64,000 nt of DNA, taken from assembly GCF_964355755.1 (NCBI RefSeq), contig NC_092677.1, positions 5,230,101 to 5,294,100 on the forward strand, read 5' to 3'. The translations under genes and the position numbers were made by a program. The notes beneath the pieces are model-generated. The model saw only the letters and a program-made list of their open reading frames with translations, did not search any database and was not told the DNA's origin. Positions 27,731-40,600 of this stretch are shown one piece after another. The stretch comes from Antedon mediterranea (Eukaryota; Animalia; Echinodermata). Within the stretch, counting starts at the first letter, position 1. Every line of letters begins with the position of its first letter.

Positions 27731-28448
27731 GCGCCGCGCGCCACAAATGCCAAAAATAAATAGTAATCTAGTGTACTGTATCTCTAATATTATTCATTCA
27801 CCATTCTTTGGTGGTCGAGGTGGTGTGTACGTACTTTAGTCCTTTTATCTTCAAATTAGTTTAGTGACAATATAATGATTGGAATAAATGGGAGTAAGCA
27901 TAAAGTAAGCATTATTTTAATTTTATATATTATTGAAATAAAAAATCGCCAAAATAATATTATTCTCGCACAATTAAGCTAGGCCTAGGCGCGGCCTAGA
28001 TAGTTAGTGATAGGGAGGCTAGTGAAGTAGGTGCAAGAAGTGTACTGTAGAGTAGTAGAGAGGGAGGAGGCCGGCTACTAACTTTACTAGCTAGGCCTAC
28101 TACTGCTAGGCATAGGCCTAGGTTGTTGGGTAAGCCTACTAGAAGCCTACACTAGACTAGTAGTAGTAGGCCTAGCTGATCGTTTATAGTAGTACTTTAG
28201 TAGTAGGAGAAAGCCTGAGGAGGCAGAAAAGTCTAAAGTTCAGATTCACAGTGAATTAACAACGTATAATGTTAACTATATAGTCTATAGATAGGTTAGA
28301 TAGGGTAGATATTAACTGACGGATAATAATTCAAAAGTATCATTCGTCGTGAGGTGGTTTCCCGAATGATCGTAAAATCAAAACGGTACTGCATGACCAA
28401 CTAGCGTTCTTGTCACCAACTAGTCATCCATTCATAGAAGTACTGATG

Positions 28449-29899
28449 TAGTAGCCTATCTGTACGGTGACCATAGAATGTGACCCGAGACATGACTTAT
28501 GTACTCCTATCGATCACCAAGATGTCTATAAAATTCAAATATGCTTAGGTCAATAGTTCAAAGGTCAGAAGGTTTCTAAAGGAATTGAGTATTTTTCTTT
28601 CATTAGAGTGAATAGAAAGTTGGGCATTCTGAATAATTTGGGACAATTTTGAACTCTCTACGGCCAGTCGTTGATGAGATATTGAGATAATCCAAATTTA
28701 TGGTCAAAGGTCAAAACAGGCATTTCCGGTCATTTTTTTAAAAACTTCTCCATTACAGTGAATATAAATATTGGTCTTCTGAGTATTTTGACACCAAAAT
28801 TGTTTACTTATGTTATGCGCGATTTGAACGATTTGCGCAATTTGAAATTGCGCAAAAAAATCCTTGCGCAATTTGAAATTGCGCAAAGAATTCTTGCGCA
28901 ATTTAAAATTGCGCAAGGATTTTTTTGCGCAATTTCAAATTGCGCAATCAACTTGCGAAATTTCAAATTGCGCAAGAAAATCTTTGCGCAACTTTAAATT
29001 GCGCTGCACAATTTGTAAATTGCGCAAGATAGTTCTTGCGCAATATGACACCTTTGCGCAATTTGAAAACGAACTGTAAATTTTCAAATTGCGCAACAAA
29101 ATTCTACCAGACAATCGGTATTATAATAATTTATTGGAAACTAAATAACTCAAAATAAAACATAATAAATGCGAAGATAACATGTGTATAATAAATACAT
29201 AACATTTATTATTACAATTAAATAATATTATCACTGTAACTTGAAATAAATCAAAATAAATGTAAAAATTAAGTTTTTAATATTAGTTTAAGCTAGGCCA
29301 TGTAACCTAGTCGGTATCAGTAGTCCAGACCCTAGCTAGGCTAGAGTAGTATAGCCGGCCGCCCGCGCCGCGCCCGCCTGGTGGAACACCACCGCTTCGT
29401 TTTCCTTCGTCGGTTCTTCGACGGTATGCTAACTTATAACAATATTTGCACTAATAAAATAAGGAAATGCGATATTTATCTTTAATTTTGAATCATTCTT
29501 AGAAATTACTATATAAATATGGGTGTGCATGATTTCACAATCTGTCGAAAAACCTTGCGCAGTTTGCAGATTACTTGCGCAATTTAATACGTTGCTTGCG
29601 CAATTTGAAACACATGTTTCAATTCAAATTGCGCAAGGATTTTTTTTGCGCAATTTCAAATTGCGCAAATTGTTCAAATCGCGCATAACACTTACACCTA
29701 CTGGTTGTCAAAATATGGTAAATAATGTTAAGATGGCTGCCATTTTGAAAAATGGCCCAATCAGGTTGAAGCACAACGGGGAAACCATACTTTTAGTATG
29801 TTGTTCCAGACAACATTGGGGACCTATCCTGAAAAATTGAGCTTTAGCATATTTATTTCTACCTTTGGCCCTTTTTTTGTCTAATACTCCTGGACTACT
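28449..29899. mobile_element. Probable non-autonomous DNA element interrupted by the Ginger-like insert
   Basis: TAGTAG..CTACTA candidate ends. AAGATGGCTGCC motif like the nearby Academ subterminal repeats. No TSD confirmed, and the boundaries are uncertain. Confidence 0.3.
28811..29690. mobile_element. Ginger-like non-autonomous DNA transposon with TTGCGCAA-rich TIRs
   Basis: TGTTATGCGCGATTTGAAC...GTTCAAATCGCGCATAACA termini (TGT..ACA) with a 4-bp TSD CTTA (28807-28810 and 29691-29694). Confidence 0.7.
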
Positions 29900-29921
29900 A
29901 AGTATCGTAGTTTTAAATTAT

Positions 29922-30145
29922 AAATTTTAGGCGATCTTGTCAAAGGTCAAGCGCCTATAGCCTGCCACGTTTCGATATTCAATATTGAACTTGACCTGAC
30001 GTGGTTCCATGGTATCTTTATATGAAAATGGTAGAGTGGATATAAACAAATTTAGTTTAAAAGACTCTTATGTTCGATACTAGTACGTGTGCGTAATTAC
30101 GCACACGTACTAATAGAATGAAATGCTTGCGTACGATGTGCGTGA
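29922..30145 (+). repeat. Dispersed repeat, second copy at about 43525-43748
   Basis: Shared blocks ATCTTGTCAAAGGTC, GTTTCGATAT, AATATTGAACTTGACC, TCTTTATATGAAAATGGTAGAGT and AAATGCTTGCGT in the same order. Confidence 0.6.
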
Positions 30146-30390
30146 TGTAGAGTTGTGTGAATTATTTATAAACGTGAGGTATAAGATAACAAAGACGTAT
30201 GCTAACTCAGTGTTAACTAGGTGCCGTGCCCGTGATGCAATAAAATTACTATGGATAACCAAATTATAATTATTAAAAACTTAACATTTTGCATAAGATA
30301 AAGTCATATGATTCATGGTTTTGTAGTGGAATTGCATGAAAATTACTGATAAAATGACAACAACTCAGCTTCACCATCGCGTTGCACATT

Positions 30391-33300
30391 TAGTCAGGTG
30401 GCTTAGCAATTTTAACGTTACCGGCCGGACAAAAGTACCAAAATTGGTATGGAGTTTCCTTTTGACCTATCTATTGATTTTATCCGTGGAACCCACTTGA
30501 TCGGGTCCGATTTTCCAAGATGGCTGCCAAAATCCAAGATGGCCGCCAGAAAAAAGGAAATGCCATATATCTGGCTGTAAAACTCGTAAATCAACAAATG
30601 GGGTGTCAATTTAAGGGTTTCTGGGGTCAATGAAACAGATGCTGGTTATGCCATATTGCTCAGACCACCTATTTCCAAGATGGCGGCCAAATTTCAAAAT
30701 GGCCGCCTAAAAAAGGAAATGTTGTGTATGTCACTCTAAAAATCGGAAATGAACAAATGAGGTATTAATTCAGGGGTTTCTGGGGTCACCGAAACAGATG
30801 CTGGTCAAGCCATTTTGCTCAGGTCACCCATTTCCAAAATGGCGGCCAAATTTCCAAATGGCTTCCAAAAAAACCCCAAAAACTTAGAAATTAACAAAAA
30901 CAATGTATGAAAAAGGTTTACTTGGCTCGACTTGTTAATGGTTATTGGACTTATATAATAGCTACATTACAGTTTACAGTTAATTACAGTTGATTTACCC
31001 TATTTGTATGAACATGTGCACCGGCAAAGAGCATTTGCAGACTGTACAGGCCCTTTTGCAGCCACATTTCACAAAGTCTCTGCAAGCTTTAGATGCCACT
31101 GGAATGGTAGACCAGACAGGTTCCCATGAGTTCCCAACTTTCACTCATGCATAGTCGGTTGGACACGGATTTGTTTGTTGAGATAACATGCATGTTGTCC
31201 AGATGCCAGCTTGGTATACGGCCCTCCTAGTGTGCTGGAGTTATAGTGCATTCTGAGTAGGTGGTATCTTGTCAACAGCTTGCCGTTTCTGGCTGAACCA
31301 GTTCCATCCGAGCACTGTTAACATTCATGGCGTTACTTGTTTTGTCATAAACTACGACAACTAGTCTCTCAGAATGTAAGTGAAGATGCTCAAACGGATG
31401 TGCGGCAAGATGAAGAAAGGAGGCATCCGTAACTTCGTCATAAGCATTCCATGCCTGCCAAAACGATTTCTTCCCATTACCTCTAAACGCTGAGGTAGTA
31501 TCACATCCTGACAGGGAGTGGAACATTGGCAGGGAACGTGATTTACGTTCACCGAGATGTGCACAAATGGCGTTGATACTGTAATGAGTGTAGTTCTTTC
31601 CAGTTCCAAATGCTATCCAGAGATCAAGATCAGCATTTATCTGAGAGAGGTCATGAAACACACCGATAAGAACAACGACAACATCTGTATCCACAGTTTG
31701 CACCTGGATGGATTTTGCTCCATTTTCCAACGCGTGTTTCACGTGAACCACAATCCTAGTGTCTGATTCCTCTTGACTACAGCTGGACATTTTGAACTGC
31801 GTTCTAACACATGTAACATGCTCTCCAGCTGTGATATATACCGAACACTCAGGAGGGATGCTGCAATCCGCAACTTTTGATGAAAGGAATTCAAAAAAGT
31901 TCTTTCTTGTTGATTGGATCACGGAGGAAGTCATTCCAGTTGCCCGGCAGCTTGGTATCACCTGATACTTGTCTACGCACACCTTTGCCTCGTTTCTCTC
32001 TGGTTCCCTCCTTAAGGCTATCTGGTCGGTATTCGTCCCACACAACATCCACTCGCTTTGTGTCACGTAGCTGACGTTTCAGATGGGGTATAAACACGTT
32101 GTCAGCATATTCTTGGAATGTTGAGACATTTATTACAGGTAATGCATGTACTGTCACCGCACCATCCAGAACTTTGCAGTCATATAATACAGGTGCCTCT
32201 GTGTGGTTTGATTCGATACATTGTAACAGATGACATTTGGTACCAGACAGATTAAGCTTTCCAAACTCAGACAGGGATGGAGGATACGACTGTACTTCGT
32301 GTGCAAAGAATTCACTGATGTCACCATCTCTATTTTGTAAGGAAATGTATAACTGGCCGAAGAGTGCCACATTGTTCTCAAGCACCTTTACTTTCTTGCA
32401 ATCCTTTGATTTGACTTTGAGCTTTGTTGAGAGCAAGGGTGGTGAATTCTTTGAGATTGTATCATGTATGGTAACGACTACGATTCACGAGCACGGTCTT
32501 CACATACTCTTGATACTTCTTTGTGCCTGTATCTTCTAGTGTACGGATTGTATCCACTACTGCCTCATTCGTGCAGTTACGACTATCAAGAGTTACTAAC
32601 TCAGGGAAGTCATCTAGGAAGGGATTTCCCATCTTGCGTATTGTGTTAGATAGACTATCAACCTGTCGCTGGAAGGTTTTCTGTGCTGCAAGTCCCTGTT
32701 CATGGTGTTCAAAGTTAGCTGGGTTTTCCGGATCATTGTCATGAATATATTCATTCTCATACTGTCTCAGAAGTCTGGCAATCTCGGGTCCAGCAGTCAT
32801 CCAGCGTCTGAAGGCAACTGTTCTCTGTAAGTCCTACTACACCACCGGATGCTTTCACCACTTTATTCTCTTGCTCATGCACTTGGTCTATTGGAATCGC
32901 AGAGTATCTGTGTAACGACTTTGCGATTGTCCAGTGATTCCGAATTTCAAACTCATATTTGATCTCTTGTGGCAATGCCTTCATGTCTCTAATGTGTACA
33001 GGCAGCCACCGAGAATAGTTCACATGATCTAACGCAACGAACAATGGCACGAGTGCCTCCAATACAGAAATAGGAAGCAATAGGAAGTCTCTCCCGATGG
33101 GCTCTAACAAATATGAGAATCAGAATCTCATGGTGTGCGATCATGTTCCAGAACTTGAACGTGGGGGATTTCTTAGACAATTGTTCAAACTCTCATCAAC
33201 ATTAGATCTCTGGTTAAATGCTTCATTCAGTAGCCGCTGAAGAACAAGAACAGTGACTTGATGGGCATGTCGAGTTCTGGTAATGTGTGATACTTTCAGC

Positions 33301-34103
33301 AATGAATCAGCTGTTCCAGATGAAGCAACGTCAGATTCAGTGAGAGCCGTTGTCCAAACTGACTCATCTAATAAATCGCCAACAGTGTTCCATAGCTCCT
33401 TCTCAATGTGCAGTCCGCCCATCATAACTACGTAGACTTTCTCACCATAGAGATCTGGCCATTTCCATTTTTAAATTTGACCGTCATCTTGGAAATGAGT
33501 AACCTGAGCAAAATGGCTTGACCAGTATCTGTTTCAGTAACCTCAGATACCTCTGAATTGACACCTTATTTGTTCATTTATGATTTTTACAGCCTTATAT
33601 AATATTTCCTTTTTTTGGCAGCCATTTTGAAATTTGGCCGCCATCTTGGAATTGGGTGACCTGAGCAAAATGGCTTGACCAGCATCTATTACAGTGACCT
33701 CAGAAACCCCTGAATTGACACCTCATTTGTTAATTTCTGATTTTTACAGTCTGATATATGACATTTGATTTTTTTGGCGGCCATTTTAAAATTTGACCGC
33801 CATCTTGGAAATTGGTGGTCTGAGGAACATGACATGACCAGCTTCTGTATCAGTGACCCCCAGAAACCCTGACATTGACACCCCATTTGTTGATTTATGA
33901 GTCTTACAGCCAGATATATGGCATTTCCTTTTTTCTGGCTGCCATCTTAGATTTTGGCCGCCATCTTGGAAAATTGGACCCGATCAAGTGGGTTCCACGG
34001 AAAAAATCAATAGATAGGTCGAAAGGAAACTCCATGCCAAATTTGGTACTTTTGTCCGGCCGGTAACGTTAATCCTGAAAATTGTTGCTAAGCCACCTGA
34101 CTA
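30391..34103 (-). mobile_element. Academ DNA transposon (internally deleted) with long TIRs
   Basis: TIR TAGTCAGGTGGCTTAGCAA...ACGTTACCGGCCGGACAAAAGTACCAAA at both ends, about 0.5 kb of inverted subterminal repeats, and a 3-bp TSD ATT (30388-30390 and 34104-34106). Confidence 0.85.
31010..33470 (-). pseudogene. Frameshifted Academ transposase with XPG-like nuclease domain and C-terminal Cys cluster
   Basis: Fragments in successive frames: GGLHIE, DHVNYSRWLPVHIRDM, DQVHEQEN, GNPF, VDVVWDEY..SLKEGTREKRG, EESDTRIVVH, TVDTDV, HSLSGCDTTSAFRGNGKK, VKCGCK. Confidence 0.8.
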
Positions 34104-34619
34104 ATTGCACTACATACTGTATGGATAAATTGTGCAAATGTTAAAATACGATCCATAAATTGCAGTCCACCTATCTCATAAATTATGTGCCCTGACGACT
34201 GAGAATTAGACTCTTCCTGAGTAGGCAGCCTATTTATTAAATTAATAATGTTAAGGGCGGGCCAGGAGAAGTACAAGTTTAAATGCTTTTTTTTTTAATT
34301 AGCAAATTATGGTGCAGGATTTTAGTAAAAATAACACCAGGTAGTGGTAGGCCTATTTTAATAGTTATAATGGTACAAACACCCAACAACATATACTTAA
34401 GTGCGTGGCAACAAGCAAGCAATGCCTAGGTTAGGTAAGCGTTGGCCTGGGTAAGCGTAGTTAAGGGTTGGGTAGCAAGTCACCCCATACAAAGTCGCCG
34501 ATTTTGCGATGGACCGACTTGTATAATAGACCAACTTTGCAATTTAAATACCATCTGTCTAGCACATGTTATGTTTTCTTAGTGTACCATAATTATCTAG
34601 GCCTCTAAATTTACTAGGA

Positions 34620-37600
34620 ATGGGATTCATCCCATTTCTGTTCTTTTTCAGTACTTTGTATGGTGTGTAAATCTACTAGTACGAATCATATTTTTGAAAA
34701 TTTTGAAAAATGGTAAGTTGCTTTTGGTCTTTTTTAAACGTACACACCTGTGGTTCAATTGTTTTCAAATCTTTATTACTGAAAGGAATAAATAATAAAA
34801 TAAAATATTCCAATTTACTGAGGAATACAATTTGAAAGGCTATTTCAGAAAAAAATACGTAAATTAGTGCAAATCACATCAATTTTACACTAAAAGTGTT
34901 ACGTAACAATTGTGTTGCTTAATTTGTATAGGAGTACATGGTGAATTAGTGACATCATTTGACCAGACAGCCAAGGAAGGTGATGCTGAAGTGGTGATAA
35001 CTTGTGATTATTCACAATTTACTTCTGCACCTGATGCAATACTTTGGGATGAACTAAATGAAGATGGAGTAAGCATTGATCCTGGTTTTGTTAATTATAA
35101 GAGGATTGAAAATAGACGTTTTACATTAAATATAACACAGTTTGGGAGAGCTGATTTGGTGATGTCATGGCCAATGAAAAATGATTCTCAACGGATATTT
35201 CGGTGCCAGATACAAAAAACAAATGGAGATACTGAAATATCAAATCCATCTATTCTTACTGTTTATTGTGAGTAACAGATTAAATTTTAACTTTGTCATT
35301 AATGATTATTTAACTACTAAAACATAGATTCTGTCAGAGAGCTAGTAAGATGATCATAGGACACACGGATCTCCAATCCACAACCTCTGGATCACTAGCC
35401 AAGGCTTCTAGAGGTATATTATAGGTTCTAGCCCATTCTAGACTATAATGACCAACAGGTAGATATGCTACAAACAACTACAGTAATTCATGCACTGTAT
35501 ATTTTTTATTTTTCTCAGACTTAGATCAACCACTTCTTGAGGCCTCAGCAAGTACTGTCTACGAAGGTCAATCTGTGACCTTTACCTGTAGTAAACCTGG
35601 AGATCCTATTCCTCACATTACTTGGTATAGAGATGGACAGACAGTCAACACCAACAATCCTAGATATGAAATTGCAAATAACAGTACAGAGTCCGTTCTT
35701 AAGATTAAATCAGCTACTAAAGGAGATGATGGGAGATATACATGTAAATCAGAAAGTGATCAGTTTATAGGAGAGGATGCTAAAACAAGTGTAAAACAGT
35801 TGATTGTATTTTGTAAGTATAATTACTTCAATTTGCATTGCTATTAACAGTTAGGGTTTTTAGTTTAGCATTATCGCCTTATTTTTTTAATATTCATTTT
35901 TGATACTAGAAACGCATACCCTTCTAAGTACCCATCCTCAATTGTTCTTTCTGTTTCTGCAACAACATTTATTTCACCTACTACATGTTAGACTAATTTT
36001 GGATTTGTCAAGATTGCTTAAAAATCTGCATGAACACTACAGGTATTTTAGAAATGTAACCATTCAGTATTATTATGGGATGGTGTGTGGAAACCTCGTT
36101 GAAAAAAGAAGAAAATGTCCTGTGCTTACAAAATATCAGCTTTTCATTTATTTTATGTTAAAATATTATCAAATCAAGTTAAGATAAGTGTTATTGTGTT
36201 TGATTTGTTTGGGTCCAGGTCAAAGTACTCCCTTTTGTTTGTTGGTTGGTGTGGCAACTTCTGTTTAATTGATGGCTATGTTTACATGACATGTCTGTAA
36301 ACACTACCAAACATTGTGGTAGCTAGAAAAATGTGTATGCCTCACTATTATTAGCAAACAGACAAGATTGTGTTTATCTGGGTTTAGATTTTAAGAACTG
36401 AAAACTCAGATAAAGAATATATTTAAAATTGTTCCTCTTTGTAACCATCCTCTTCCCCATCCCTCAACTCTAATGTTATATACAAAACACAAATTGGGTT
36501 TGTTTAAATGAGTCTAAATCAAAAACTTGGACTCATTTTGAGACAAGTTTCTCTTTTGGAAGTAATTCTCAGGGTGCTAATTTTAGTTGACTGCATAAAT
36601 CATCATGTCTATTTATTCACATCTGTAAACAACAATGTATTATAGTCCTGCGGTACGTAAATTTAAAAAAAAAAACAGTTTTTTACGCTGAAATTACTGT
36701 GTATTCGAAAACCATATGTGGGCACGACCTAGATGGTACGCGTCTACTACAATTAATGAGTAAAATGTTTATAATTAATTTAAGAAGCAATTCAAGTTAA
36801 GTCAACCTAATGTTCTACAAACAAATTCTATTACGACAATAATGCTAAATTAATTTACATCTTCTTTAGATATTGCTGTTACATTTACATCAAAAGATAG
36901 TTTAGCAACATGTACAGCAGAGGGCCATCCCAAGCCATCATCAGTATTGATATTACAAAATGGAGAAGTGGTTAAGGAAGGAGAAAATACAGCAACTATA
37001 GAAATTAATGATGAGATGTGTCAATCAAATCTTACATGTTATGCAGAAAATGGAAAGCTTAATGGCACAACAACATTAGAGAAGTGTAATACAGGTAATA
37101 CTGTACTAATTTTATTCACTGGTAGAAGAATGTAACACTCATGTACAGGATATTAGATTTCCAATTTAGCTGGAAAAGAATGACAATAAAAATCTTTCTT
37201 GCTAGTTTCTTTATCATTCCTATAAATCCCCAATTTCATTAATTGTGTAAATAAATGTTAATTTGTTTTATTTTATATTATCCATAATCAAGTACTGTAT
37301 TACTTACATTTTAGACATGGTTGTATGTTTCAGTTAAATTTTATTTTTTAATGTAAGTCAGTTGTTGTCAATTCTTACTTTTTAGTAATAATGATGATAA
37401 TAGAAATAATAACTTATTTTTTAGCTTTAGCGTCATTGTACATTGTTCTGATTGTTGTTGGTTTGTTGTTGACATGGTTACTGCTTCTTGTCTGTAAGTA
37501 AAATATCTTGGTCCAAAATTAAAATTACGTTTCTTAAATTCTCCAATTTACTTTTGTTTTATATGTATGAATAGGATGTTACAATGATTGTACAAATTAA

Positions 37601-40600
37601 TTAATATTTTTAATGTATGGATTTTTTCATGTATGATTTTCTAATATATTTTTAATGTCTGCTTTTTTAGATTTTATTCTTTACAAGAATATTGAGTGGA
37701 GCAATACAGATATTGATACAGTGACAGTTGAAGGTGGTAAACCAGTTGAAATGGGTTTTAAATACCGTCCAAGTATTGCAAGGTTCAAGAGTTTTGAAAT
37801 AAAGAAAGACAACAAAGTGCTTGGTTCAAATCAAAAGCAATTCAGTAGTTGTAAAACAGTCTGTCAGTTTGTCTGTTATTGCTGTTTTTACTTTTGTGGA
37901 TTTTTTTGCATTGAATACTGCATCAAATCATGTAAGTAATATTTTTTCAGTCTAATGAAGTTACCATATAATTATTTTTGTATGTTGATTCTGTTTTCTT
38001 TATTATTTATACAAAGTTAAATTGCACTTTTTTATTTTATAGAAGACAAAAATTGCAAAAAAACAACAACAGCAAAGAGATAATAATAATACATTAGATG
38101 AATGTTTTTTTTTATTTAATAGATCATTATAACAAAATGAAACATGGACCAAGGTGAGTTTTATTTTGTAAAATTTGGTTAATATTAATAAAATAAGTAT
38201 TTTTTTAAGGTATAGTAATTGATGACTGAAAGTTTACAAACTAGTTTACAGTAATATTATAATTTTTTTATCTTGAACACTACAGGTGTGTTGAAGAGAA
38301 TCAGATGATGGTCAGAGAAAGAGAATGGCCCGATAGTTCAGATGATCGTTTTGTTATAATCAAATCAAATAAGGATGCAGAAACTGAAGACTGGCGAAAG
38401 GTTGTTTTTTGAGCATTTTTGTTCTCAATTCTCAAAATATATTTTTTAATTTTACTCATTACTAGTAAGAATTCAACGAAATCCAACATGCTTTAAATGT
38501 TGTTGGTAATGGATAAATGAAAATTAACTACAGTATATAATATGTGTGTCTTGCTTTATTTCAAAGATAAGTCCTGAGGATGAAGATATTAAACTTTTAT
38601 CAGAACATCAAGGAACATCAGGTTAGAGCAATTTTAATATACTAAAAATAGAACAAAATACAAATTTTTGAATACCGTATAAGCCTAATATTTTAATGTT
38701 ATGTTTGTTCAGATTGTTCTTCTGAAAGAATAAACAATTATCAGTTATGCAATCGGTTGTGTGTTGGTGGTTACATTGGATTATCCTCTAATTGTGAGGT
38801 TTAATTTCTTGCTTTCAAAGGTGTCCTACTGATATTTTTATTTATATCTTGAAGTCTAAATTTGTACTGTTTATGTGTTGTATTTTGTATGTTTATTGTT
38901 TTAGCAAAAGACTCAAATGAAAGGTAAAACATTTTAATATTTTATAATCAAGCTTTCAATTAATATGCAGTTCACTTCTTTCTTAAAATATTGACAACTA
39001 TGCTTACGATTCTCTGTTGTGAACATTATCTACAAAGTACAAAAATATGTTAGAACCATGTACGATAAAAATTGGGAGTTGGATAGCCGAGTGGTTAGGA
39101 GAATTGACTGTCATACAGATAGACCCGGGTTCAATTCCCGACAACTCCCAGTCCACTCAGCTGTAAATGCTAGGGAGAAAAAAGGCGACGTGGAAAGAAA
39201 CTGGCCACTCTACCACATAATGCCAAGGCTTAGTACAATGAGTTCCTAACAGCTCATTCCCCTACGTTCAGAGAACACGGGACTCACCTCACGATGAAAA
39301 TTGAATTTCATTTCTAATTTGGGTCAGTGTTTAAATTACTTTAACTCGCAAAATCAGTTTCAGTGGCCCCAATGTAGTTTCGTACCCAACCCTTCAAATT
39401 ACTCAAAATTGTTTCAATTATATAATCATCAAACCGTCTCACGGTCTACAACATCCTGCAAGCATACAATTGTAAAAAATTGATATTTAAAAAAAATTTA
39501 TAACCCTTTTTAGTCAATAATTGAGCACCTTCATAAATCCATCGACAGCTTAGCTACGTGAAAATCATTGCTACGCTACAATATGGCGGCCGGATAACAT
39601 GTACAGTGGCGTGGGCTCGTTCACCTAGTTGTATTGTGTGGAATAGTGTAAAATTTATTTTATCAAAAAAAATTAAACCGCTTTAAAATCTAAATCAAAA
39701 ATATTCATTTACTACTACATGTAATACACTTAACAGTGATATTTATTAGGGCGTTTTACAACAACAACCCATTTTTCCCTTACTTAAATTACTCTATAGA
39801 TAGAAATTAAGTTAAAATTTCATCTCACAGTATTGTTAGATACACTTGTGAAAAACGTAATATAACAATTCTTTGTGTGTCGGCTCATTGATCAGATATT
39901 TTGCCCCACTAAGAAAAGACACCATTTTACTAGATACTCTGTACATTATGGATACTTAATTCAAAATGAATTCTTAGTTGGGACTCAAAACCACAACCTG
40001 CAATTAGTTTGCCCTCCAGATCACTAGCTTGGCATACATCTAAACCATCAACAGTCAAATGTTGTAAGATCGAAACTGGCTCTACCAAACGCTGGGCCAC
40101 ATTCAAGCTTACAACATTTTACTGTTGATACTCGCGTCTTGCCTATGTTGGTTCTTGTTATCTTTTACAAAAAAATGTTATTATTTAATTGTGTGATGTT
40201 ATTTTTTTTTCCTGTTCTTTTTAATTGCTATCTCTTACCATATAGGTATCTTCATGCTCTTACCATATATATTATATTGTTTTTAGAATCTCATATATTA
40301 TACGATTATATTATTACATATTGATCATTACAGATGTATTTGAATTTATTCATCAACATCAGTGTGAGTTATTTCAGTGGTGAGACTATAGTACAATTAC
40401 AAATATTTTGTTTTTTATGTAGTTTTAAACAGACAGACTTAATTGATATACTGTATGTAAGATATCATTTCAAAACTACTGTAGAAATCCACTCCAGGAG
40501 TGCATACCTCCACCTACTGTAAAATTCACCTACATAAGATTTCTCTGGGGAAAAAATATATATATATATTTGTGTGTCTTAATGCTGTGTGCGATTTAGG

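Noticed and set aside
28704-29840. ORFs with LRNFKLRK / AQFQIAQ repeats
   Set aside because: They are translations of TTGCGCAA-based TIR repeats.
34652-34712. Alternative L2 leader exon ending AATG|gtaagt, resembling the L3 leader
   Set aside because: It has no in-frame ATG and contains charged residues. 34620-34662 gives a better signal peptide. It may be a relic or depend on an unseen upstream exon.
34932-35267. Siglec-type sialic-acid-binding V-set domain (tempting given the sialidase fold)
   Set aside because: The F-strand position of the essential Siglec Arg is Gln (CQI) in all four V domains, and the Siglec Cys pattern is absent.
39074-39149. tRNA-Asp(GTC)-like gene
   Set aside because: The anticodon stem pairs poorly, there is no oligo-T terminator, and it runs into a SINE-like body. 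Treated as a SINE head.
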